A stretch of DNA of 64,000 bases. Source: an uncultured Methanomicrobiales archaeon. GTDB taxonomy: Archaea > Halobacteriota > Methanomicrobia > Methanomicrobiales > Methanospirillaceae. The position numbers and the translations under genes are program-made. The notes under the pieces were generated by a model. That model had not been told where the DNA came from and made no database searches. It saw only the letters and a program-made list of their open reading frames with translations. The stretch lies in the NCBI GenBank assembly GCA_963697895.1, contig OY969100.1, positions 1,696,001 through 1,760,000 of the forward strand, in the 5' to 3' direction. Of this stretch, positions 42,198-51,387 are shown piece after piece (position 1 is the first letter of the stretch; each line of letters opens with the position of its first letter).

Positions 42198-43808
42198 CTA
42201 TGGGGCAGGTTTCCCCATCACTTCGCGCTCTTCATTGGTGAGACTGGTCAGAACGTCTTCTGTCCTGCCGATCTGAACAATTTTCCCTCCCCGCATAAGT
42301 GCGATCCTGTCGCAGATGTCCCGCACAAATTCCATATCATGGGAAACGACGATGAACGTCTCATCCATGTCATCCCGTGCATGGAGGATCGAATGCTTCA
42401 CATCTATCTTCGTGAGAGGATCCATCGTGCCGGTCGGTTCATCAAGGATCACCATCCGAGGCTCACGAATCAGTACCTGCGCCAGAGCAACCCGGTGGCG
42501 CTCCCCCTCGGAGAGCTGGCTTGGATAACGGTCGAGCACTTCTGAACTTTTCTTTTCCGTGAACCCTGCCATCTTCAGGGTGATGATCGCCTTCCGCATC
42601 GCGAGCTCCTTGGGGAACTCGAGCCCTATCGCATCGGTCAGGTTATCAAGGACCGTCCGGTGGGGGAAGAGATCATATTCCTGGTGGAGAAGGCCCAGGT
42701 ATCCTTTCGCCCGTCCTCTGAATTCTATACCCGGTTTCGTCATATCGACCCAGTCGTCACCGATATGGATCATCATCTCCCCACTGGTCGGCTCGATAAT
42801 CCCCGCCATTACGCGGGATAGGGTAGTCTTGCCGGCACCGCTCTTTCCGATAATCCCGAATATCTCTTTCGTATTCACGTCAAATGTAACTCCATTGACC
42901 GCACGGACCACACCCCTGTCCACCGATATATACCTTTTAAAGACATCACGGGCGATCAGGATACGATCCCCTATTTCAGGCTTTTCAAACTCTTCCGTAT
43001 CGCTGAATCCCTTCATAAAGTGACGGATAACTTCTCCGGGACTCCCGAGTTTCGCGATCTCCCCATCGACGAGCAGCAAAGCCCGGTTTGCAACATCTTC
43101 GATCACCTGGGAGAAATGCGAGGTGACGACCATCCCCATATTATTCGTCTTTGCGGCCTCCTTCAACATCGAGTGGACGATCCGGGCAGTCTCCGGGTCG
43201 AGGGTCCCGGTCGGCTCATCGGCGTATAGTAAAAATGGTTCCTTCGCCAGCTGCCGTGCCAGAACCACCCGCTGTTTCTCCCCGCCGGAGAGGTCCCGGG
43301 CGATGTGCATCATACGATGGGAGAGGCGGACCTGGTCGAGAAGGTCAGCGGCCCGGTTAATTGCACTCTCAACCGGATAGTCGATGTCATCCAGCGCATG
43401 CAGTACGTTCTCAATAACCCGGTCATTGCCATAGAGGGCAAACGTGCGCTGGAACATGATCGCCGTGTGCTGCATAATACGGCGTTTCATCTTCTCGTTT
43501 GCCTCCTTCCAGAAATCCACGTCCATGAGACGAAGTTCCCCGCCACAAAGGGGACAGGGTTTTTTGTCCGAACTCGGCACCGCCAGATAATCGCAACCGG
43601 AACAGGCAGCAACGTGGTAGATGATTTTCCCCCCCGTCGGTGGCTGCTCGACACCACGCATAAGATGGATCAGGACCGTTTTGCCCGCGCCGCTCCGTCC
43701 GATAATACCGAGAATCTCTCCCTCCTGTATTTCAAAAGAAATATTATTCAGCACCTTTTTTCCATCAAATTCCATGGAGAGGTGATCGACGGTGATCAAT
43801 GGGGTCAT
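42198..43808 (-). CDS. atwA: Methyl-coenzyme M reductase system component A2 (tandem ABC ATPase)
   Basis: Two GxSGAGKT motifs, LSGGEKQR and LSEGERHR, CxxC-x12-CxxC Zn insertion, no TM. Confidence 0.95.
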   Translation of the reverse strand: MTPLITVDHLSMEFDGKKVLNNISFEIQEGEILGIIGRSGAGKTVLIHLMRGVEQPPTGGKIIYHVAACSGCDYLAVPSSDKKPCPLCGGELRLMDVDFWKEANEKMKRRIMQHTAIMFQRTFALYGNDRVIENVLHALDDIDYPVESAINRAADLLDQVRLSHRMMHIARDLSGGEKQRVVLARQLAKEPFLLYADEPTGTLDPETARIVHSMLKEAAKTNNMGMVVTSHFSQVIEDVANRALLLVDGEIAKLGSPGEVIRHFMKGFSDTEEFEKPEIGDRILIARDVFKRYISVDRGVVRAVNGVTFDVNTKEIFGIIGKSGAGKTTLSRVMAGIIEPTSGEMMIHIGDDWVDMTKPGIEFRGRAKGYLGLLHQEYDLFPHRTVLDNLTDAIGLEFPKELAMRKAIITLKMAGFTEKKSSEVLDRYPSQLSEGERHRVALAQVLIREPRMVILDEPTGTMDPLTKIDVKHSILHARDDMDETFIVVSHDMEFVRDICDRIALMRGGKIVQIGRTEDVLTSLTNEEREVMGKPAP

Positions 43809-44015
43809 GGTACTCCTATAACCTATAGATGCAACGGTCACATATTACCTTTTGTGAAATTGCCAACAAACAGATAATACTTGTGAAATTATCCCCGGAT
43901 CAGAACAGAACTCAACGGTCATTATGGGCCCCGGTATAAAAAGAGAGGATCCGGTTCGCTTTTTCATCATCAGGGATCTTAAATACCTCCGACCCAACAA
44001 AAAATCCAGATCCTG

Positions 44016-44266
44016 TTGATGGTTTACCTGATCCGGCCCGACGGCCCGGGGAAATCTCCGCTCTCTTATCGGCGCGACCCTCCATGGATTTTAACAGCGG
44101 GACCCCTCATCTTTCCCGGATCTCTCCAAACGAGCATCGGTTCAGGACACTGTCAAGCGGACGAGACTTCTGCCGGTCCGGTTGAACCGTATCTCCCCTC
44201 ATCACCGCTCGGGCACTTATGGGAGGACGATCCCCTTTTGTCCGCTGAATGCATCGGGACCATCAA
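44016..44266 (+). ncRNA. Candidate structured non-coding RNA (~250 nt), family not recognised
   Basis: Ends pair (TTGATGGT/ACCATCAA plus CCTGAT/ATCGGG); internal stems; TTAAATA box at 43979-43985; strand inferred from G-U pairs. Confidence 0.5.
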
Positions 44267-44375
44267 AATCTTAACGGGACATACAAACATAAAGGGCCAT
44301 GGATCAATCACCCTCTTTTATCATCCGTTTCCCCGGACCGCCCCCTCTTAAGGTATCATTAAGGCATTTTTTTAT

Positions 44376-45212
44376 TCATGATTTTGCCGCCTGATCCGAA
44401 TCCCTTCGTGCGATCGCCCGCACGATATCTACCACCTCGCGAACATTGGCAACCACGTAGTCTGCGGCTTCATAAAGATCTCGCGGGCGTTCTCCTGGTT
44501 GCTCTTCGGTAAGAATGGCGATATCGGCGGTTTTCATGGCACAGAGATCATTGATCCCATCCCCGACCATGATGACCTGGTTGTACTCGCATTTGAGGTC
44601 GCAGATGATCTGTGCCTTTATCGTCGGTGTAGCGACTCCATACACCCGATCGCGGGGAATCCCCAGGTAATCTGCCATTTTTTCCAGTTTGGTCAGCCGA
44701 TCGCCGGACGCAATATAGGTTGCAATGCCCAGCTGGTGCAGCGTGGTAACGGCTTCCCGGGCCCCTTCGAACGGACGGCCTCCGGTGGTGATCGTATACT
44801 CGATCGTTCGTGAAGCCATGTTCAGGATCACCCCGCTATTCATGGCAACAACCGCTTCTTCCTTGCAGCTCCCCCAGACTGTCCGTATGCACTCCTGTAG
44901 ATCACCGACCCGGGCATGCCGGTCATGATAGAGCACATTACCGATCTCCTCGGTCGTTATGACTTTTCGTGTACAGCTTACGCCAAATCCGATACCGTTC
45001 TCGGCAAGATATGTCGATAAACAGATGCGGGGATCGGATTGAATGATATCATGGGAGTGTGCGTGGAGCACAACCAGGACCCGGTCCGGAGAACTGAAGG
45101 TGAGAGTTACCGTCTCCACGCCCGGGAGAAGCCGGTTATTGACGATATCCTTCACGGCCCGGTACGTATGGAGAAGTGTTCCGGCGCTGTCAAAAACCAC
45201 TGCAAGGGACAT
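44376..45212 (-). CDS. HAD-superfamily hydrolase resembling a soluble P-type ATPase phosphorylation domain
   Basis: VVFDSAGT, IASGD, K motif, MVGDGINDLCAM..AD; no TM. Confidence 0.82.
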   Translation of the reverse strand: MSLAVVFDSAGTLLHTYRAVKDIVNNRLLPGVETVTLTFSSPDRVLVVLHAHSHDIIQSDPRICLSTYLAENGIGFGVSCTRKVITTEEIGNVLYHDRHARVGDLQECIRTVWGSCKEEAVVAMNSGVILNMASRTIEYTITTGGRPFEGAREAVTTLHQLGIATYIASGDRLTKLEKMADYLGIPRDRVYGVATPTIKAQIICDLKCEYNQVIMVGDGINDLCAMKTADIAILTEEQPGERPRDLYEAADYVVANVREVVDIVRAIARRDSDQAAKS

Positions 45213-45289
45213 GCCTCTTCCTGCCTGTATACCCGTTATTCTACCCCATAAGTTCTTTCTAGTTGGTTACCCTCTTATCCATGAGGCCA

Positions 45290-46252
45290 ATGGTGCTTAT
45301 TGATACTGCAGAGAAGATAAAGCGGATGGAGATCCGGGGGGCAGGAAGGATAGCACGGGCGGCGGTACGGGCTCTGCAGGATGAGGCAGAAACCATGAGA
45401 ATGGATGATCTCGCACAATTTTTGGCAGCAATGCAGGAAGCCGCCGATGTTCTCGTTGAAACGCGGCCAACGGCGGTTTCGCTCCCGAACGCAGTTCACC
45501 TGGTGATGAGTTCTCTGATCGGTGTTTCGACTATTGAGGAGGCCCGATCCCGTTTTACCACGAAATGCGAGGATTTTATCCGTTCTTCAGAGGAGGCGGT
45601 CGGACATATCGGTACCATCGGATCGCACCATATCAGGGATGGTGACCGGATCCTCACCCATTGCAACTCCGAAGCTGCGCTGGCATGCATCCTTACCGCA
45701 CACCGGCAGGGAAAGGAGATATCGGTATATGCCACAGAAGTCCGGCCGGGTAACCAGGGACTGCTGACCATCCGAAGCCTGAATGAAGCCGGGATCCGGA
45801 CCAATTTTATCGTTGATTCTGCGGTTCGCTTTTTCATCAATGATATCGATCTGGTGATTGTCGGTGCGGATGCTATTGCCGTGAACGGGGCGGTGGTCAA
45901 TAAGATCGGGACAGCACAGATCGCCCTTGCGGCTCATGAAGCACGGACGAATTTTATCGTTGCCGCAGAGACCTACAAATTTGCCCCGAGGACGATCCTC
46001 GGTGAGCTGATCGTCCTTGAGGAGCGACCGGGCAGCGAGGTGCTCTCCGATGAACTCGCACAACAGCTCCCCTGTGTGAAGGTAAGAAATCCTGTTTTCG
46101 ATGTCACCCCCCCGGAATATATCGACGTCATCGTGACTGAAGAGGGAGCGATTCCTCCCCAGATGGCATACAGCATCATCAAAGATTATCTGGGGTGGGG
46201 GATAGAAGAATTTCATAAAGAATTCAGGTTACATAGTAATGGACAGGAGTGA
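45290..46252 (+). CDS. Ribose-1,5-bisphosphate isomerase (eIF2B-like)
   Basis: MEIRGAG, RPTAVSL, LTHCNS, EVRP, GADAI, NKIGT, FDVTP; adjacent to RuBisCO. Confidence 0.9.
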   Translation: MVLIDTAEKIKRMEIRGAGRIARAAVRALQDEAETMRMDDLAQFLAAMQEAADVLVETRPTAVSLPNAVHLVMSSLIGVSTIEEARSRFTTKCEDFIRSSEEAVGHIGTIGSHHIRDGDRILTHCNSEAALACILTAHRQGKEISVYATEVRPGNQGLLTIRSLNEAGIRTNFIVDSAVRFFINDIDLVIVGADAIAVNGAVVNKIGTAQIALAAHEARTNFIVAAETYKFAPRTILGELIVLEERPGSEVLSDELAQQLPCVKVRNPVFDVTPPEYIDVIVTEEGAIPPQMAYSIIKDYLGWGIEEFHKEFRLHSNGQE

Positions 46253-46256
46253 GCCG

Positions 46257-47456
46257 ATGCAGGATGTAATTGCCACCTACTATTTCCGGCCCCGGGAGGA
46301 CACCTCCCCCACGGATGCTGCGCAGGCGATTTGTGAGGAGGAAACGACCGGGACATGGACAGGGATCTCGACCCGTGCAGCGTACGTGACGCGTCTTGAC
46401 GGGGCCGTCGAGAGCGTTACCCCGTACCAGGAGGGATTCATCACAAAGATCCGGTACCCGAGGGAACTCTTCGAGCAGGGCAACATCGCCCAATACCTCT
46501 CTGTTGTCGCGGGCAACCTCTTCGGTCTCTCCCGGCTCCGTTCGGTACGGCTCCTCGATGTGGAATACCCGGTGGAACTGGTACCGTTCCATGGGCCCCG
46601 GTTCGGAGTGTCAGGGATTCGGCGAATGGTCGGGACGACCAAAAGACCACATGTCGGTACCATCATAAAGCCGAAGGTCGGGTTAACGCCGAAAGACACG
46701 GCTTGTGTCGCATATGAGGCGGCCATGGGAGGAGTGGATCTTATCAAGGATGACGAGACCCTTACCGACCAGAAATTCTGCCCGATCGCCGAGCGTGTCC
46801 CGCTGGTCATGGCACGACTCGATGATGCCAGGGGCGAGACCGGCCAGCAGGTCCTGTATGCCGTCAATATCACGACCAGGGCAGATCAGATCGTCGAACG
46901 TGCGGAAACAGCGATCGCTCTCGGGGCAAATATGATCATGATCGATGTGATCATCGCAGGATTCGGGGCGCTCCAGGCCCTTGGCGAAAACCCCGCAATC
47001 AAGGTCCCGATCCATGTACATCGGGCGATGCATGCGGCGATGACAAGAAACAAAGAGCACGGTATCGCCTGGCGTCCCCTTGCACGGATGGTCAGAATGC
47101 TCGGGGGAGATCAATTGCATACCGGGACAGTCAGCGGGAAGATGAGTCATGAAGCCGAGGAAGTGACCGGTGATAACGAAGCACTCCTGTCACCGTTCTA
47201 TGCCCTGAAAAGGACATTTCCCGTGGCAAGCGGCGGTTTGCACCCGGGAAAGGTCGATGCGGAACTCCGGACGCTGGGAACCGAAATCATCCTCCAGGCG
47301 GGTGGAGGGATCCATGGTCATCCCGACGGTACGCGGGCCGGAGCCCGCGCGATGCGGCAGGCGGTGGATGCGTTCATGGCAGGGGTTACGGCGGAAGAAT
47401 ATGCAAAAGATCATTACGAGCTCGATCGGGCGCTGAAACACTGGGGAACGAAATAA
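46257..47456 (+). CDS. rbcL: Ribulose-1,5-bisphosphate carboxylase, archaeal form III
   Basis: GTIIKPKVG, DLIKDDE, HVHRAMH, HTGTVSGKM, SGG, QAGGGIHGHP. Confidence 0.9.
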   Translation: MQDVIATYYFRPREDTSPTDAAQAICEEETTGTWTGISTRAAYVTRLDGAVESVTPYQEGFITKIRYPRELFEQGNIAQYLSVVAGNLFGLSRLRSVRLLDVEYPVELVPFHGPRFGVSGIRRMVGTTKRPHVGTIIKPKVGLTPKDTACVAYEAAMGGVDLIKDDETLTDQKFCPIAERVPLVMARLDDARGETGQQVLYAVNITTRADQIVERAETAIALGANMIMIDVIIAGFGALQALGENPAIKVPIHVHRAMHAAMTRNKEHGIAWRPLARMVRMLGGDQLHTGTVSGKMSHEAEEVTGDNEALLSPFYALKRTFPVASGGLHPGKVDAELRTLGTEIILQAGGGIHGHPDGTRAGARAMRQAVDAFMAGVTAEEYAKDHYELDRALKHWGTK

Positions 47457-47457
47457 G

Positions 47458-48285
47458 GTGGCGGATATGAAGATACCCTTCGTGAAGATGGATGCCAACG
47501 GCAATGATTTCGTGGTAATTGATGAATATGAGCAGATGATCATAACGGATGACATGAAGGGGCAATTTGCGGCACTCTTTTGTGACCGTCATTTCGGAAT
47601 TGGAGCTGATGGCATCCTCTTCATTTCCCGGTCGGAGAAGGCCGACCTGCGGATGCGCCTCTTCCAGCCGGATGCGAGCGAAGCGGAGATGTGCGGAAAT
47701 GGTATCCGGTGCTTTGCAAAGTATGCGGTGGATGCAGGGTATGGGAAGGAGAATTTCAGGGTGGAGACTCTCGCAGGGATCATTGGGGTAACCCCCGATT
47801 ATTCGGACGACCTCTTCTCTGCGAGCATCGTCATGACAAGCCCGAAATTTGACCGCAAAGACATTCCGGCCACCGGGGAAGGGGAATATAGGGAAAGGAT
47901 CGAGGGGTTGGATGTGTATGCGGTTAACATCGGGGTTCCGCATGCCGTTGTCTTCGTGCCGGATCTCGATTCCGTAAACGTGGGATCGATCGGCCCGGTC
48001 ATCCGGTTTCACCAGACATTTCCCAAAGGTGCGAATGTCGACTTTGTCCAGCGGGTCGATGATAATAACCTCAAAATACGGACTTTTGAACGCGGGATCG
48101 AAGGAGAGACCCTGTCCTGCGGTACGGGTGCGACAGCAGCGGCAGTTATCGCTCATAAAATCGGAATGGCAGGTGCGCAGGTGGAGGTGGAGACGACCGG
48201 GGGACCCATCACCATCTCCATCGGTGATGAGGTGAAGATGGACGGACCGGCGGAGACGGTCTTTACCGGACAGATCGAATTTTAG
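47458..48285 (+). CDS. dapF: Diaminopimelate epimerase
   Basis: GNDF, GIGADG, EMCGNGIRC, GVPH, ERG...TLSCGTG. Confidence 0.95.
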   Translation: MADMKIPFVKMDANGNDFVVIDEYEQMIITDDMKGQFAALFCDRHFGIGADGILFISRSEKADLRMRLFQPDASEAEMCGNGIRCFAKYAVDAGYGKENFRVETLAGIIGVTPDYSDDLFSASIVMTSPKFDRKDIPATGEGEYRERIEGLDVYAVNIGVPHAVVFVPDLDSVNVGSIGPVIRFHQTFPKGANVDFVQRVDDNNLKIRTFERGIEGETLSCGTGATAAAVIAHKIGMAGAQVEVETTGGPITISIGDEVKMDGPAETVFTGQIEF

Positions 48286-48438
48286 GCATAATACCCCTGT
48301 TTCCCCGGAAATCATAAGTTTTTATCTTCAGATTTTTTTATTGTTGGGAAATAAAATTTCCCTGGAAATCCCTGAGTATCGGCTCCGGGAATGTCCCGGA
48401 TACCCGGTCCAGACCCGACTCCGGGAATGCACTTACTC

Positions 48439-49140
48439 CTATTTACTCCTCTCCCGGGTTGTTAGTCCCCCGACCAGCCAGGCGATGAGGACGGCGAGAT
48501 AGAGGACACCGCTTACGACACAGAACATGGCGATTGTCCGTGCAGCCGCTGTCAGGGGGACGACATCCCCATACCCGAGGGTGGTGAGAGTGTAAAAGCT
48601 ATAATAAAAATGATCCGACAGGGTCATCATCCGGTTGATGGAATCTATCGGGTATGGATAGAATGACCCCGGAAGGATGGTGTCGAGGAGAAAGAATCCC
48701 ATTCCATATGTGAGGCCTATCAGGAGATAGACGCAGATACCGCCGTATATCGTATCCCGTTGGATGATGGCGGACTTCAGGACGGAGATCAGGACTGTAA
48801 TCGTCACGAAGATAAAAAAGAGAAGCGTTGCGCTGTTATAAATAAGGGCAACACCAGGGAGGGGCGATATCAGGGAGACCCACCCGGTTACGATCGGGAT
48901 TGCGGCGAGCACCAGGGCAGCGGCCAGTTTTAACCGGGTATCGGCAACCGCGTATACTCCAACGATCAGGAGAAGCATGGTGAGACTGATGAGGGTCCAT
49001 TGTCCGACCGCATTCTCTTCAAAGATCGGATACAGGAGGAGCAGGATAACGATGCTCGTCAGAAGGAGCAGGAATCTGTTATTATTCCGCCATTTATGAA
49101 AGGCAGTCGACATGTTCGCCAAGTTGTGCCCGACATTCAT
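48439..49140 (-). CDS. Potassium-channel-family membrane protein
   Basis: Multiple TMs, pore motif TLTTLGYGD; no RCK domain. Confidence 0.85.
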   Translation of the reverse strand: MNVGHNLANMSTAFHKWRNNNRFLLLLTSIVILLLLYPIFEENAVGQWTLISLTMLLLIVGVYAVADTRLKLAAALVLAAIPIVTGWVSLISPLPGVALIYNSATLLFFIFVTITVLISVLKSAIIQRDTIYGGICVYLLIGLTYGMGFFLLDTILPGSFYPYPIDSINRMMTLSDHFYYSFYTLTTLGYGDVVPLTAAARTIAMFCVVSGVLYLAVLIAWLVGGLTTRERSK

Positions 49141-49472
49141 CTCCGTCTCTTACCTCAATTTCTGCATTCGCGCATCCGCCCGGGGAAAACCGCGTGAATA
49201 CGATACGGTATGCATAACAGGGTAAAAAGTTGCGCATTCCCTTATGGGTCAACAGGGGACGTACCGATGGCCGCTGAATCGATGTAATCACTACGAAATA
49301 GTCTGAACGAACACGTATTCTGATGAATGTTTATCCCCGGAGCTGAGCATATTATTTTCCTCCGTTTATCCGTTCCCGGGGTACACCCGTCCAAAAAGAG
49401 GTTTTCATTCATCACTGGTATTGGTTTGATATCAGTTTAAGGATGAATAACGCCGAAGATACAGGATCTAAA

Positions 49473-50147
49473 TCATCCTTTGTACGGTTCGATACCCGTC
49501 CCACTGATGATAAAATCGAAATGTGCTCCTGCAGGGAGCGAACGGTGCTTTGCAAGGGTAGCACGACGATACCGATCCATCCGGTCGACCCGGACGATCA
49601 CCTTTGAGATGTGTTCCAGCGCGGTACCCCCAAGGCCGACGAAGGTGTTCCGCCGGGTGTCCATATAGACCTGATTGGTGATCACGATCGGAATATCGTA
49701 CCGTTTGCCGAATCCGAGGAGCTGCACCATCTGCTGCGTAAGTTTCTGCATCGCATCGCGCCCCTTCTCGAGCTCCGTCCGGTAGAGCCCGGTAGCAGAA
49801 TCCAGGACTACAAGCCCGATATCCTGGCTCCGGAGCACCTGATCCGCGCTTGCGATCATCATCCCCTGCTGATAGAAGTCCGAGGGTTCATATAAAAAAA
49901 GCCGTTCTGCAAGTTTTCCGGCGGCATCTCCGGCTACCTGGCGGAACCGTTCTATAGAGAACCCCTCGGTATCGATGAAGATGACCCCCCTACCCGATCG
50001 AAGACATTCTACCGCGATGATAACGCAAAGAGTGCTCTTGCCACTTGCTGGTTCCCCGAACAGCTGCGTGATAACCCGGGGTTCAAGTCCTCCTCCCAGG
50101 AGACGGTCGAGGTCCGGGTTTCCTGTCGTAAGCCGGCGATGCTCCAT
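49473..50147 (-). CDS. radB: DNA repair and recombination protein RadB
   Basis: GEPASGKS, IDTEG, VLDS, ITNQV, C-terminal KHRS. Confidence 0.93.
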   Translation of the reverse strand: MEHRRLTTGNPDLDRLLGGGLEPRVITQLFGEPASGKSTLCVIIAVECLRSGRGVIFIDTEGFSIERFRQVAGDAAGKLAERLFLYEPSDFYQQGMMIASADQVLRSQDIGLVVLDSATGLYRTELEKGRDAMQKLTQQMVQLLGFGKRYDIPIVITNQVYMDTRRNTFVGLGGTALEHISKVIVRVDRMDRYRRATLAKHRSLPAGAHFDFIISGTGIEPYKG

Positions 50148-51341
50148 TTACCGCCTCTCTACCGATCTTTCTCCATCACGCCAGGCCTGTTCTTCTGCGA
50201 TGCGGATTACATCCCGGACAGGTATGCCAATCGCTTCCGCACATGCTCGTGCAGCATCGAATTCTGCTTTCATCGTATAGTATCGTCCGCCGATAATACC
50301 ACATTTGACCGGTATTTCACATTGTTTTCCGCCGACCTCGATCGTCACCCGGATGGATCTCCGCTCCGCGACGAAACGGTGGACAACCGGCATGCATCGT
50401 ACACCAAGCGTCCCGAGCTCTTCCGCCATGACCAGGGAGAGTGGTTCCCCGTCCCCGGGCCGGCAAATGACCCGGACAAGATATCCCGCCCTTCCTTTCT
50501 TCATTATGCAGGGGAGAGCACTCGCATCGCGGGCGCCCTCCTTCATCAAACGGGTCAGTGTGGAAGAGAGAACTTCCCCACTGATATCATCGACATTTGT
50601 CTCGAGGATATCGACACGGTCATGCGAGATCCTGGGATTCCCTTCAAACAGCGTTGCCCGAAGAACATTCGGTACTCCTGTCGGGTTTGAATCACCAGCC
50701 CCGTAACCGACCGCCAAAACTGTCCCCTTTTCAGGGCAGGGGGGCAGTGTTGCCCTGAATTCTGCCAGTATTGCTGCACCGGTAGGTGTGCAGAGTTCCC
50801 CCTCTTCCCACACATTCACCGCAACTTCCAGCGATGATCCCGAAAGAACTGCCAGGGTCGCCGGGGCCGGTACCGGATACCGGCCATGCACCGCCTGTAT
50901 GGTTCCCTGTCCGAGTGCGATCGGCCGTATCGATATCCCTTCTACCCGGAGGCTTTCGAGAGCGGTACAGGCACCAATGACATCGGCGATTGCATCATCG
51001 GCCCCAACCTCATGGAAAACCGTTTCAGCCCCGTGTACCGCTTTTTCGGCCTCGTTAATCCGCTCAAATATCCGCATTGCAAGAGATCGGGCATAATCGG
51101 ATAATTCCGCATTTTGCACCCGGATCCTGACCTCCTCGAAGGTGCGGTGGCAGACGGGAGCATGGGTATCGACTTTGACTGCCCTGATACCTGCACGATC
51201 AACCTTCGTGATGGAAGGTTCCCCGACGACGGACCGCATTGCACGACGTACATGCGTTTCTTCTGCACCACAGGCGAGCAGAGCTCCGACAATCATGTCT
51301 CCTGCTGCCCCGTGAAACGGATCGATGACAATGGAACGCAT
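50148..51341 (-). CDS. larC: Nickel-pincer cofactor nickel insertase LarC family
   Basis: GAAGDM, HEVG..D, PVPAPA, ELCTPTGAA, LETNVDD, MKKGR, GTLGVR, K.EFD. Confidence 0.9.
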   Translation of the reverse strand: MRSIVIDPFHGAAGDMIVGALLACGAEETHVRRAMRSVVGEPSITKVDRAGIRAVKVDTHAPVCHRTFEEVRIRVQNAELSDYARSLAMRIFERINEAEKAVHGAETVFHEVGADDAIADVIGACTALESLRVEGISIRPIALGQGTIQAVHGRYPVPAPATLAVLSGSSLEVAVNVWEEGELCTPTGAAILAEFRATLPPCPEKGTVLAVGYGAGDSNPTGVPNVLRATLFEGNPRISHDRVDILETNVDDISGEVLSSTLTRLMKEGARDASALPCIMKKGRAGYLVRVICRPGDGEPLSLVMAEELGTLGVRCMPVVHRFVAERRSIRVTIEVGGKQCEIPVKCGIIGGRYYTMKAEFDAARACAEAIGIPVRDVIRIAEEQAWRDGERSVERR

Positions 51342-51387
51342 TTTTTACCAGTACTTATAAATCCGTGCGTATATATCCTTTAAGCTG
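51342..51387. promoter_or_regulatory. 46-bp divergent promoter region with two TATA-like boxes (larC / cdc48)
   Basis: TTATAAA 51355-51361 lies 26 nt before the cdc48 ATG; TATATA 51370-51375 lies about 28 nt before the larC ATG on the minus strand. Confidence 0.6.

Noticed and set aside
44016-44266. RNase P RNA or SRP RNA as the identity of the structured element
   Set aside because: GGGGAAATCTCC and TGAATG loosely recall RNase P conserved regions, but there is no ACAGAA/P4 3' strand; there is also no SRP helix-8 (GGAAGG-AGCAG) or Alu motif
44016-44351. 111-aa + strand ORF starting at TTG over the structured element
   Set aside because: Pro/Ser-rich with no family signature or SD; base-pairing explains the sequence better
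47386-48315. Long antisense ORFs (309 aa here; similar ones opposite mmp15, cdc48, ubiD, aspS)
   Set aside because: They mirror well-supported genes on the other strand, as expected in moderately GC-rich coding DNA
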